Shown in pieces: positions 15,201-25,274 of a DNA stretch of 64,000 nt. Position numbers and translations under genes: made by a program. Position 1 is the first letter of the stretch. Each line of letters begins with the position of its first letter. The stretch spans positions 186,001-250,000 of the forward strand of contig NMRA01000036.1 of NCBI GenBank assembly GCA_002633005.1, given 5' to 3'. This DNA is from Phoronis australis. Taxonomy: Eukaryota > Animalia > Phoronida. The notes below the pieces were generated by a model. That model saw only the letters and a list, made by a program, of their open reading frames with translations, ran no database searches and was not told the origin of the DNA.

Positions 15201-18200
15201 AGGCTGCATAGCAGGACCTATTGCTTGCAAGCTTTGAAACAAGAAATCCTTGTGGTTATTCTATTTTTAAACTGTAAAAACTCTCAAGCTTCTTGGCTTT
15301 GCTTCAAGTTTCGAAAAGAGACAAAATTGTGCTTACGAGAAGAATGGTCCAACTTAATTGAATGTAAAAGAAAATGATACTCAGGAAAGCATTCTGTCTA
15401 AACATTACTCAACAACAACCATATGTGAAAGTACTTACTGTTAGTACATATTGTTGGTGTCTGAGTTCGTAATCAATTTTCTTGGTGTCGATGACAATAA
15501 TTGTGCCACTGGCAGACCCCTGTGCCTGGCTGGGTTGAACAGCAAATGTCTGTGGAATGTCCTTGTCTGTACTTGTGATCACAAGTTCAAAGTTGGCATT
15601 AGTTCCCTAAAAGAAAATTTTGATTTCGAAGCCTTTGACACAAAAATGCATGACAGACTTAAATATTTTAAGCTCAATGTATCAATATTTTATGGTTGAG
15701 AACTATCATGTTAAATAGATGAAGGCACAAAAAGAAAACTACACACCTTTAAAAACATTTTTGACTATGTGACTATGTTCACTGCCAGTAATGGAACATT
15801 AAGACAACTGACCACAATGCTACTTGCAATGAATTATGCCTACACAAATAAGTGATGAAAACTTAACCTGCAAGTGCACTATATAACAAAGACAATTTTA
15901 ACCTCCATCAATGGACACAGCAAGATCATATTAGGAATAAACTCTGGCCATTTTAAAACAGGCAACTTAAAGTAAAGGTGGTTTGACATAGAAATCTTCA
16001 CACTGCCAAATATTTTGTTTCCCTGTTATCTGAATGAATTGTTAGTCAGAAGACAAAGAATGAGTACCTCATCTGTATCAGTTATCTTCAACTGAAGCCC
16101 TGGTAGTGCTGTTTGATCTGGGATGTCTTCAGGAATACTAACTGTGTAACTGTTCTGATTAAATGTAGGTGTGTTGTCATTTATATCAGAAATAGTCACG
16201 GTGACAGTTGTGGTAGCTGTAGTCTTTGTGTCGTTACCCAGTATCGGGACACCTGGGTTAATGATTTCTCTAGCCTGCAATGTTAGGAATAAAGAAATTG
16301 AAAATCAACTTAAGAGCAGGCTCTTGTTTATGGTTCAAAATTAATTTAAACGCATTTTAGAAACTGGCGTAATTTCAGTTAGAAGCACAGTACACCCATT
16401 TGGTGAGCACATACTCAGCCCAGAAAATCTTTCAGTCAGGAAAAGAAGTCCCACAATGCAATTCTTCATGATCTCATCACGCCAGTCAGCCCACATCTCA
16501 TCTGATGATTGCACATTTTTGACACAGGATTTTCTCAACCAAATATCAGCTCTGCGCCATGTATATAATTTATGTTGCTTTATCCACAAAATCATCATTG
16601 AACTCTCCATCATGTTAATGAATGAAGTGTACCTTTATGCAAACTTGGAACGTTTGTCCTGAAGTCAGCTTTTCTCTATCTAACCTCTTGGCCATTAGAA
16701 GGTTACCCGAACTTGAATCTACTTTAAAGTAGCCGCCTCCATTTGGTTGACAGAGCTCATAGTGAATATTTCGTTTTTCATCCGTGTCCTTGTCCTCAGC
16801 ATCCACATCCAGAACTTTAGTATTCTGAAAACATTGTGCTCATCAGCACCTGCTTTTAAACAAACTTTTTAATTTCAATATTTCTTATAAACAAAGTTTT
16901 GACTGTGAATAGTTTGAGTTTAGTAGCGAATCCAGGATATCACAATGCATCATTTGTGTTTAAGAAAAAGAAATTAAATGCAAATTAGAAATGTAACATA
17001 ATTTATGTAAGTACTTATTAATCCCGAATATCTGGTAAAATGTAACATGAATTGAATAACGGGCCTTTCTCATCAATGCATTTGACACTGTTTCATATGT
17101 TTCTAATAGCTGCAGAGTTCTAAAAGTGCTTTATTTTTTAGCGTTAGAAACTTTGTATATTTTATTTTTGTATATAACGCTTAGCTGTACATGAGCACAG
17201 GATTATTTGATAGAGGCCGTGACAGGAGAGCTCAAGGCTTTTTTCTCCAGACTTTTCTCAAGCATGAAATTGTCAACAGCTTCACAAATCAATTATAAAA
17301 ATGCTCTGACGTAACATAATTCTCTCAAAACACGGCACTTTTAGCGTACCTTTAAGTGTCAAATGAAAAGTCGAATGGGTAATTGTCATTTTCATAGTCC
17401 TGCAATTTGAGAACCAGTTTTCTCAACTGAATAACGTGCATCAAACTGTTAATTTCTCTAAATCTGGGACCCCTATAACTATTGCCGTTGAATCTTTTGT
17501 TTAAGCAACCCCTGAACCTAATGTTATTATCTTACTTACGTCCACTTCATGCAATGTCACAGATCACTAATTTGCGTTTATTTTTCTTTACAACTTGGCT
17601 TGCAATAGTAAACATCACTTTAGACCATAATTGTCTAATGCTCTTTAATTATATCATTTTTATATTGCTTACAGGAAGTAATTCTTCGTTGATAGTCTTA
17701 CTGCTGTCACTAGTTGTCAGGAAGACGGGCGGGACATCATTGACATCGATGACGATGACCTCAATGGTTTGAACAACATTATGTACTTCATCCTGAAAAT
17801 TGAAAGCAAGTTTTGTTGTGACCTCAGAAACACATAAGTGAGACCCGTCTGTTTTGGGGCTTTTTCCTAAGGTAGAGAATGGGAATTGTAGCTAGTATTT
17901 TCAGCAAAACAGACGAGTGCAATATCAGGCCATTATTTCGACTTTAATAACTTTGCTTCATTTCTTCTGCTTTCTGTGAGCATAAATTATCTCGTTGCTG
18001 AACTACATTTTGAGTGAATGGACTCACAAAATTTCATCAATTTCCATGACATGTTGTTAATGGCGGTTGCTGGTGAACCAGTCTCGCCACCTGGTGACTG
18101 TCCACAGTATTGGTCATCTTGTTGTTACTGAATGTCTTGACACTGTTTTGTCACGCTAAAATATTTTTTGAAGTTAGGAAGTTGCCAAGCAATTTGTGGT

Positions 18201-21200
18201 TTGTTCGCAACATCTGGGGACCCACATATTTGAATATGACAGGAGAGAAAACATTCAAAATAAATCTTTGCATTGAAGTTGAGAATTAGACTTAAGTTAG
18301 CATTTTAAGTTTGATTCAGCATCCAAGTGGCTATGTAACAAAGGAACACGTCTCCTGCTTTATTGTCGCTCAACTAAAACAAAGTCATTTAAAACTATAT
18401 AAAGCAGCTCACCGATATCACCAAGGCATACTGGTATGTGCTCATTGTTTCAAAATCCAGAGGCTTCTCGAGAACCATTTTACCATACCATTGTCTGTTA
18501 CTGCTACCTGCGAGCTGTATGAACTTGAAGGTTTCACAGGCTGTGGGGAACTGTAATTAAGATGATTACTTCATTGAAATGAATATTAAAATTCAAGAAA
18601 TGATCACCATGAAGCCTTCCTTGAGCATATTTTAGTTATTCTGGATGTATTGGACTATCCAGCTAGCTGTAAGAATGTTTCAGCAACACAAGAAGGAAAT
18701 AAGTCTAACACTTCATTTGGCAATTTATGACTTGAGTGTGGCCAAATTGATGTTTTTAACACATTGTTGGAACCTAATTTTACACAACTTTGTTTTACCA
18801 TTCAATGTAGGTTTGTCATTCTCTTAACACGTGAAGAATTCATTGATATTGCTCATCCATCACATTCCTGCCAAAACTTTGCCTAACTTGTTCTAGATAC
18901 AGGACTGGTGTATAAGGAGTAGTTTCCTTGATTTTAATAGCAGTGACATCACAAGATCGCCATAAAACAACACAACAGCCATAAACAGCTGCCTATAGAC
19001 ACAATTTCTTCAGCCGCTCACTTATCATAGGGCAACACAAAATATATGGGCCTGTGAAAAATATGGCAAATTTCAATTTCTATAATAAGTAAAAATTAAT
19101 TTCTAACTATGGCTATCATGGAGTCAGATGCATTTTCTGTATTGGAAGTTGGTAGATACTGACCTTATCTAACCTCATACAGGAGAATTTCAATGACGGA
19201 TTGGACGCATCAAGATCTGTCACATGTATCTGGTCGATCAAGACACTGCCAACAGGGCTATTCTGTAAACAACATACTAGACTTCAATAAACAATATGTA
19301 AAATACAAGTCTTTAAGCTTCATTTTGGTTAAAAGGTTAATTTTAACACAAACCAATTTAGTCAAAACTCATTCACAAATAATGCACTTTCAATGTGGGC
19401 TCAAATTCTTTTTGTCAAAATAAATAATTTAATACATTCAAGAGTACTCTTGAGTTAAATTTTGAATTCCTGTTTGTGCACCTAAAAATGTTCTGTACTA
19501 GCTGAATGTGACTGAACTTCAAATTCCATGAAATAGTTTGTAGAAAATGCGAATACATAATTATATGAATGTAATTTAAGAAACTGATGAAACTAGTCCT
19601 ATTTTCTTAACTATTAAAATTAAATGAAAGATTATCTTTAAGGACTGGAGGTACAAAAGTCTCGGGTTCTCCAATGTCCTGGTTTTATTCGCTTGAGGTC
19701 AACACCAAGAAATCCTTTCATAAACACAAAGTCCATTAAGGGTTGGGTTTATAATAGTGGTCAAAGACTAAAGTTTCTAACTTTTACAACTGTGGTGACC
19801 ATTCACACTGGATCATCACTTTTTCAACGTGTTGACCGTTCACACCTGGATCATCACTTTTACAACTGTGCTGATCGTTCACACTGAATCATCACTTTTA
19901 CAACTGTGGTGACCGTTCACACTGGATCATCACTTTTACAACTGTGCTGACCGTTCACACTGGATCATCACTTTTACAACTGTGCTGACCGTTCACACTG
20001 AATCATCACTTTTACAACTGTGCTGACCGTTCACACTGGATCATCACTTTTACAACTGTGCTGACCGTTCACACTGAATCATCACTTTTACAACTGTGCT
20101 GACCGTTCACACTGGATCATCACTTTTACAACTGTGCTGACCGTTCACACTGGATCATCACTTTTACAACTGTGCTGACTGTTCACACTGAATCATCACT
20201 TTTACAACGGTGCTGACCGTTCACACTGAATCATCACTTTTACAACGGTGCTGACCGTTCACACTGGATCATCACTTTTACAACTGTGCTGACCGTTCAC
20301 ACTGGATCATCACTTTTACAACTGTGCTGACTGTTCACACTGAATCATCACTTTTACAACGGTGCTGACCGTTCACACTGAATCATCACTTTTACAACGG
20401 TGCTGACCGTTCACACTGAATTATCACTTTTACAACTGTGCTGACCGTTCACACTGGATCATCACTTTTACAACTGTGCTGACCGTTCACACTGAATCAT
20501 CACTTTTACAACGGTGCTGACCGTTCACACTGAATTATCACTTTTACAACTGTGCTGACCGTTCACACTGGATCATCACTTTTACAACTGTGCTGACCGT
20601 TCACACTGAATCATCACTTTTACAACGGTGCTGACCGTTCACACTGAATTATCACTTTTACAACTGTGCTGACCGTTCACACTGGATCATCACTTTTACA
20701 ACTGTGCTGACCGTTCACACTGAATCATCACTTTTACAACTGTGCTGACCGTTCACACTGAATTATCACTTTTACAACTGTGCTGATCGTTCACACTGAA
20801 TCATCACTTTTACAACTGTGCTGACCGTTCACACTGGATTATCACTTTTACAACTGTGCTGACCGTTCACACTGAATCATCACTTTTACAACGGTGCTGA
20901 CCATTCACACTGACTCATCACTTTTACAACTGTGCTGACCGTTGATACTGGATCATCACTTTTACAACTGTGCTGACCGTTCACACTGAATCATCACTTT
21001 TACAACTGTGCTGACCGTTCACACTGGATTATCACTTTTACAAATGTGCTGATCGTTCACACCTGGATCATCACTTTTACTACTGTGCTGACCATTTACA
21101 TTGGATCATCACTTTTCACTGCGTGTTACCATCATCACTTTTACAACTGTGCTGACCGTTCACACTGAATCATCACTTTTACAACGGTGCTGACCATTCA

Positions 21201-24200
21201 CACTGACTCATCACTTTTACAACTGTGCTGACCGTTGATACTGGATCATCACTTTTACAACTGTGCTGACCGTTCACACTGAATCATCACTTTTACAACT
21301 GTGCTGACCGTTCACACTGGATTATCACTTTTACAAATGTGCTGATCGTTCACACCTGGATCATCACTTTTACTACTGTGCTGACCATTTACATTGGATC
21401 ATCACTTTTCACTGCGTGTTACCATCATCACTTTTACAACTGTGCTGACCGTTCACACTGGATTATCATATTTACAACTGCCCCAACCATTTACATCAGT
21501 TATAACATGGACAACTGCTTGCTAAACCACTCTCACATAAGGTTATTTTTCCTACAGTCACAACTGGTTTAAAAGGTATAACCACTTTGATGTGAACAGG
21601 AAAATAATTATGTTCTTCTAGAACTTAATCCCAGTATTAACTGCCGGTGTTTTTAGAGTGAAAAAAGTTAAAAATCAAGACTTACATTGATGTCTGTGTT
21701 ATATCATCCACACAAAAAATCCATATTGTTTATAACCAATAACTTACTGTACATATAATGTATCCCTTCATGATATATACTCTACTTCATCTTTTCTATA
21801 CTGACTACTGATTTGAAACAGGACCTTTGAATGCAAAATGACCCTGATGAAACCTTGGGAACTTTGGGGAATATCAACTGGACACACTGTCTATAATCAT
21901 TGTTCTGAGCAAAAAAGTGATAAACGTCTTGATGTTTTAGGCACTCTTATTTTAATGCTTGCGAGTATGCACATGGAATCACATGTCATCCACTGAGCTA
22001 ATGCCATAGCTTGCATGTATGTACATGGAATCACGTGTCATCCACTGAGCTAATGGCATAGCTTGTGTGTATGCACATGGAATCACATGTCATCCACTGA
22101 GCTAATGCCATAGCTTGCGTGTATGCACATGGAATCACATGTCATCCAATGAGCTAATGCCATAGCTTGCATGTATGCACATGGAATCACATGTCATCCA
22201 CTGAGCTAAGAATTGTGTTACGGGCATTTGTTACTATACCTCCTTCAGCTTCACAGCATAATTGGTCTTGTCAAATGTTGGTGGACTGTCATTTGTGTCC
22301 CTGATGGTGATCAATATCGTAACTCTTACATTGTTGTTTCCTTGTCCATCGTTTAAGTAAATTACAAACTCAATGTTACCATTTGATAACACCTAAAAGA
22401 ACAAAGTAGTGAATTAGCATGTGTCTTATCAAATTCAACTTTTTTAACGCGAGACTGACGCACATACTTCTAAAGGTCAAAAAATCGTCAACATCAAAAC
22501 TAGGTTTGAAATGGGTCTCAATAAAAGTAAAAGCAATGAGCTTTACCCCAGATGTAAATGCAATTGCAGAATAATAGAAGGGGCAATTCAACCCCATTTC
22601 TTCTGGCGAACACAAAATCAAAATAACTCTAACCATTGACCTGCTAACCCACTGGAATGCACATGCATCCCTTTTCATGAGGAACCCACCAGGTAAAAAT
22701 TGACCATCGGATGATGATCGTCCAAAGGCTGGAGTTTGCTAATGCGAACACAAGAGCTCAATAAATTCAGTCCAACAGCTTGGGCTGCTTGGTCACCTAT
22801 TTAATCCTTTAGGCCACCTCATTATGTCATAAAGCTATAGGTGCCTGTTGACAGCCCAACCACATGGCTGTCTATTGGCTTGGCTGGGAACGGGGTAATT
22901 AAAACTTGCGCTTCACCTCAGAAATGCAATTAGGTTTTGGCTTGAATTTTCACCTGTACATGTCAGACAAATGTATGTGCAGTACAGGGCATATGACTGT
23001 TGGATCTCAAGGGTTTGTTGTGTAGTGGCAAGACGGCTCTTTCATTGTAATGTATGGCAATATTTTGAAAAGACTTCCATAAACTTTCATTTTTATGAGC
23101 TTTTTGCATCTATGGAAGGCGGCATGGTAATTCAAAATCAAGGAAATGCCTTGTAGGTGCATTAGGCCAAACAGGTAGCTGACTGAAATATCTGTCCAAA
23201 TTTCAATACGCTAGAGATTGGTGTAAACAGACTTACATATCTGAGAAATGGTTAAGTCGAAATTGGTCTACAGAACAGCCAAGAGCAAGTACTTATAACA
23301 TTAACATACTAATTAGGTCAATCAATTAGGCAAGTACTCCATATAGAATGCACTCACCACATCCACGTCAACACTTTGAATTAATCGGACCTCTCCGGTC
23401 TTGGAGTCAATGCCAAACACCCCCCCTTCCGAGCGGAAGGTAACTGTGTCATTCTCGGGGTCAAACACTTTAACGGTGAAGACGACTGACAAGAGAAAAA
23501 GTCGAACAATACAAGTTCAAGGCCACAAAATTGTCCAATGTAAAATGACAAGTGCGAGGTAGCTTCAATGCAAAATTACAAACTGATTTTTATTACGCCT
23601 TATACTCCTCTAAATAGGTCACCTTGCTTGTGAGGTATGCAAGGAGCAGAGGGTACAGCTTTTCCAGACACTCAAACAATACCCCCAACGTTTAAATAAA
23701 ATATTCTGAAATTCCGCAATTGTACAACAAAATTAATTTTTTTCTATATGGATGTCAAAAACTCAACCCAAATGAAAATAATGTTTTATTTGAAATAGTG
23801 TCAGAATTTCTTTATAAGATTAAATCTCTTTGTGTGAGTGGATAGAGTTGTATACGTGTATGAAAATGAATTATTTACATTCGTAATAATATCATTGTAA
23901 TCTTAACATCAGTTTTTTTATTTATGTATTCGTGTATTATAATTGTATATAGACTTCTTTGTATTTTTTTAACCCAGATCTAATGCCTCTCAGCGCTTTC
24001 TGGGTTATGTATATTCATTGTATTCCGAAGATTTCGTAATAAAACATTAAAAAATAGGTCACCTTTAAAGCACAAATCTCAAACTGTAATGAATTGTGGT
24101 TGCATTGACAAGCCGTACCAACAGGTGGTACACTCCACATGGCCTATAGTGAATAAATTGTGCAATTAGATGCAAAACTAGCAGTGTTAAAAACTTCTAA

Positions 24201-25274
24201 AAAGGTTTCACCACACACCACAAACCAATTAAAACAAAGTTTCATCTATAAGATCTTGCTGCATATATTTTCATCAACATTCTGCAGATTCTTACCTGTG
24301 TTGATGGGTGTGTCTTCATCAACATACTGTCGCGTCATTGGGAATACTATTTGAGGTTGCTGGTTAAATGAAGATACATCTGCAAAAACAAGAAACTCAT
24401 TTACAACTCAAAATACGGTAGATACAAAGTGAATTAAGTTATGGCAAGGGCAAGTAAACAAGGTTATCGTAAAATCTAACCAATTTTGTAAAAAATAACT
24501 GCCAAACTTTATATTTTTTCATTTCGTTTCCAAATGCTTCTATCATTGATGGGAATACTTACAAGTTCTCTAAATAATGTCTGGTGGTAGTTATTTGATG
24601 CTACGTTTGTACATAAAAACATTGTTTGATGGTAGTTATTTGATGTTATGTTGGTACACAGTAATATTGTCTGATGTTAATTCTTTGATGCTATGATGAT
24701 ACATAGAAACATTGTCTGATGGTAGTTATTTGGTGCTATGTTTGTACATAGAAACATCATCTGGTGGTTAGTTATTTGATGCTATGTTGGTACATAGGAA
24801 CATTCTCTGATGGTAGTTATTTGGTGCTATGTTGGTACATAGTATTATTGTCTGATGGTAGTTATTTGGTGCTATGTTTGTAGACAGTAACATTATGTGG
24901 TATATTCATTTGATGTTATGTTCGTACATAGTAGCATTATCTGGTGGTAGTTGCTATGTTGTTGTACATAATTTGAAAATTAACATAATGTTGCTCATCC
25001 TTTAAGGAAAATTGTGAAATTAAAATATAACGTGTCCACCATATTGTATCCTAATTTCGTGAGAAATGCAGTTTACTTTAGGAATCTCAAGTTTACATTA
25101 ACATGTCAGTAAAATAACTCACATACCTAACAAAATAACGCCTGACTAACTGTATTTTGGATATTAATTAAACAACTACAACAATTAATCTATTTAGCCC
25201 GAGTATTTATTTAAAGAAATAAACTTACCTTGAACAAGCACCAGAAGAAATAATGGCAGTATCACGGACAGCAT
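90..25274 (-). CDS. Gene A: Cad87A/CDH23-related long cadherin, 5' part (22 coding exons, ~1037 aa, signal peptide + EC1-EC9 + start of EC10; continues beyond window start)
   Basis: Phase-consistent GT-AG exon chain: 25229-25274, 24296-24379, 23358-23485, 22240-22392, 19164-19262, 18413-18550, 17673-17792, 16633-16824, 16068-16274, 15439-15606, 14224-14391, 13233-13306, 11850-12129, 10706-10848, 8137-8206, 7101-7176, 4376-4554, 3490-3619, 2545-2690, 1763-1895, 899-1117, 90-247 (3111 nt, no stops). Repeated PE/AxDxD/LDxE/DxNDNxP motifs. Cad87A-type hallmarks recalled from memory: EC2 C..C pair, EC5 CPTPGSGNCIDYE, EC7 DANNKDP, EC9 PPEF..PWT. Confidence 0.93.
899..1117 (-). CDS. Gene A coding exon 21 (EC8/EC9)
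   Basis: GSIIFVITQVNIYPPEFVAPWT...AQDPDG...FNIDPATG; phase 1-1. Confidence 0.9.
1763..1895 (-). CDS. Gene A coding exon 20 (EC8)
   Basis: NVFSIETTTGVVRVSGALNRNKAQVIQYDINAYDNSANPIQTGV; cag/gtgag. Confidence 0.88.
2545..2690 (-). CDS. Gene A coding exon 19 (EC8)
   Basis: NKPVGDYVVTMTAKDPDTGANITYSI...SYDYT; ends in DYT like the gene B counterpart. Confidence 0.88.
2691..2778. repeat. 19-bp minisatellite (ctataacaccatggtaaca), ~4.5 copies
   Basis: Tandem units directly visible, abutting the exon 2545-2690 acceptor. Confidence 0.9.
3490..3619 (-). CDS. Gene A coding exon 18 (EC7/EC8)
   Basis: VRAMDQGDTPRLTATATVTVVVLDANNKDPYFQPPTIQVEVPE; phase-1 donor gttggt required by frame. Confidence 0.87.
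4376..4554 (-). CDS. Gene A coding exon 17 (EC7)
   Basis: GTEVVTVSATDVDTGPNG...FDVDIKDRYILL; 179 nt, same length as the gene B exon 50936-51114. Confidence 0.9.
4905..5000. repeat. (GT/GC/TA)n-type microsatellite
   Basis: gtgtgcgtgtgcgtgcgtgtgtgtatgc... Confidence 0.7.
7101..7176 (-). CDS. Gene A coding exon 16 (EC6/EC7)
   Basis: DQNDNAPRFLQGGNYYAEIREDIQQ; cag/gtaac. Confidence 0.88.
8137..8206 (-). CDS. Gene A coding exon 15 (EC6)
   Basis: YYQYTVQASDGQRTVPANVKITVI; phase 2-0, cag/gtaag. Confidence 0.87.
9818..10196. mobile_element. MITE-like element with imperfect ~30-bp TIRs
   Basis: gtccacagacttaccctagaacaag ... aagttgctctagggtaggctgtgtgtggac. Confidence 0.55.
10706..10848 (-). CDS. 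Gene A coding exon 14 (EC6)
   Basis: AKDVDSVSTVITYSF...PVDYEKTPNGQG; cag/gtgag. Confidence 0.9.
11300..11606. mobile_element. hAT-like MITE
   Basis: Ends cagggatatt...aatatccctg; flanks share atgag (degraded TSD). Confidence 0.65.
11850..12129 (-). CDS. Gene A coding exon 13 (EC5/EC6)
   Basis: FEIDSKRGLVTVKACPTPGSGNCIDYE...LDVNDNSPVF...LPIQ. Confidence 0.92.
13233..13306 (-). CDS. Gene A coding exon 12 (EC5)
   Basis: ASDPDSGTMGSAGIRYSLLGNGADK; aag/gtaag. Confidence 0.88.
13802..13897. repeat. Two-copy tandem duplication (52-bp period)
   Basis: cacaattcta...catggtaaactaaatggattgtaat twice. Confidence 0.8.
14224..14391 (-). CDS. Gene A coding exon 11 (EC4/EC5)
   Basis: VEAREITSTPPRLTGTATVTVNILDVNDNKPKF...SVISIT. 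Confidence 0.92.
14780..15106. mobile_element. ~290-330-bp dispersed repeat with inverted termini, copy 1 (MITE-like)
   Basis: Colinear with 22676-22960; caggtaaaaa...aattttcacttgt; right end ccatgtagtg reads CACTA on the minus strand. Confidence 0.7.
15439..15606 (-). CDS. Gene A coding exon 10 (EC4)
   Basis: GTNANFELVITSTDKDIPQTFAVQPSQAQG...IDYELRHQQYVLT. Confidence 0.9.
16068..16274 (-). CDS. Gene A coding exon 9 (EC3/EC4)
   Basis: AREIINPG...SDINDNTPTFNQNSYTVSIPE...ITDTDE. Confidence 0.92.
16633..16824 (-). CDS. Gene A coding exon 8 (EC3)
   Basis: NTKVLDVDAEDKDTDEKRNIHYELC...LDREKLTSGQTFQVCIK. Confidence 0.92.
17397..17470. mobile_element. Short hairpin/MITE-like repeat, copy 1
   Basis: tttgagaacc...ctgaataa...tcaaactg...aaatctgggac; second copy at 38714-38783. 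Confidence 0.65.
17673..17792 (-). CDS. Gene A coding exon 7 (EC2/EC3)
   Basis: DEVHNVVQTIEVIVIDVNDVPPVFLTTSDSSKTINEELLP. Confidence 0.9.
18413..18550 (-). CDS. Gene A coding exon 6 (EC2)
   Basis: FPTACETFKF...LEKPLDFETMSTYQYALVIS. Confidence 0.9.
19164..19262 (-). CDS. Gene A coding exon 5 (EC2)
   Basis: NSPVGSVLIDQIHVTDLDASNPSLKFSCMRLDK. Confidence 0.88.
19778..21500. repeat. 38-bp minisatellite, ~45 copies, with higher-order structure
   Basis: Unit ctgtgctgaccgttcacactg(g/a)atcatcacttttacaa, head-to-tail with no spacers. Confidence 0.97.
21957..22209. repeat. 52-bp minisatellite, ~5 copies
   Basis: atggaatcac at 21973, 22025, 22077, 22129, 22181. Confidence 0.95.
22240..22392 (-). CDS. 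Gene A coding exon 4 (EC1/EC2)
   Basis: VLSNGNIEFVIYLNDGQGNNNVRVTILITIRDTNDSPPTFDKTNYAVKLKE. Confidence 0.9.
22676..22960. mobile_element. ~290-bp dispersed repeat with inverted termini, copy 2
   Basis: Same orientation as copy 1; caggtaaaaatt...aattttcacctg. Confidence 0.7.
23358..23485 (-). CDS. Gene A coding exon 3 (EC1)
   Basis: VVFTVKVFDPENDTVTFRSEGGVFGIDSKTGEVRLIQSVDVDV. Confidence 0.9.
23626..24051 (+). mobile_element. 5'-truncated non-LTR retrotransposon (LINE 3' end) with 14-bp TSD
   Basis: aaataggtcacctt at 23612-23625 and 24052-24065; disrupted ORF2-like C-terminus (CEVCKEQRVQLFQTL...FLYGCQKLNPNENNVLFEIVSEFL); cccaga/tctggg stem; aataaa plus A-tail. Confidence 0.75.
24296..24379 (-). 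CDS. Gene A coding exon 2 (mature N-terminus)
   Basis: DVSSFNQQPQIVFPMTRQYVDEDTPINT; phase 1-1. Confidence 0.88.
24575..24970. repeat. Degenerate 45-bp minisatellite, ~9 copies
   Basis: ggtagttatttg(a/g)tgctatgtt(t/g)gtacatag recurring every ~45 bp. Confidence 0.9.
25229..25274 (-). CDS. Gene A coding exon 1 (signal peptide)
   Basis: MLSVILPLFLLVLVQ, hydrophobic; donor gtaag; an acceptor at 25281 just upstream implies an earlier non-coding exon. Confidence 0.82.

Noticed and set aside
19778-21500. CRISPR-like array of 38-bp repeats
   Set aside because: Units are contiguous with no unique spacers, there are no cas genes, and the context is a eukaryotic intron; it is a minisatellite
21780-21904. 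Open minus-strand stretch after a CAG (NNDYRQCVQ...KMK*) as a possible gene A exon
   Set aside because: No cadherin motifs, ends in a stop, and exon 4 joins exon 5 in frame with a canonical KE/NSPVG
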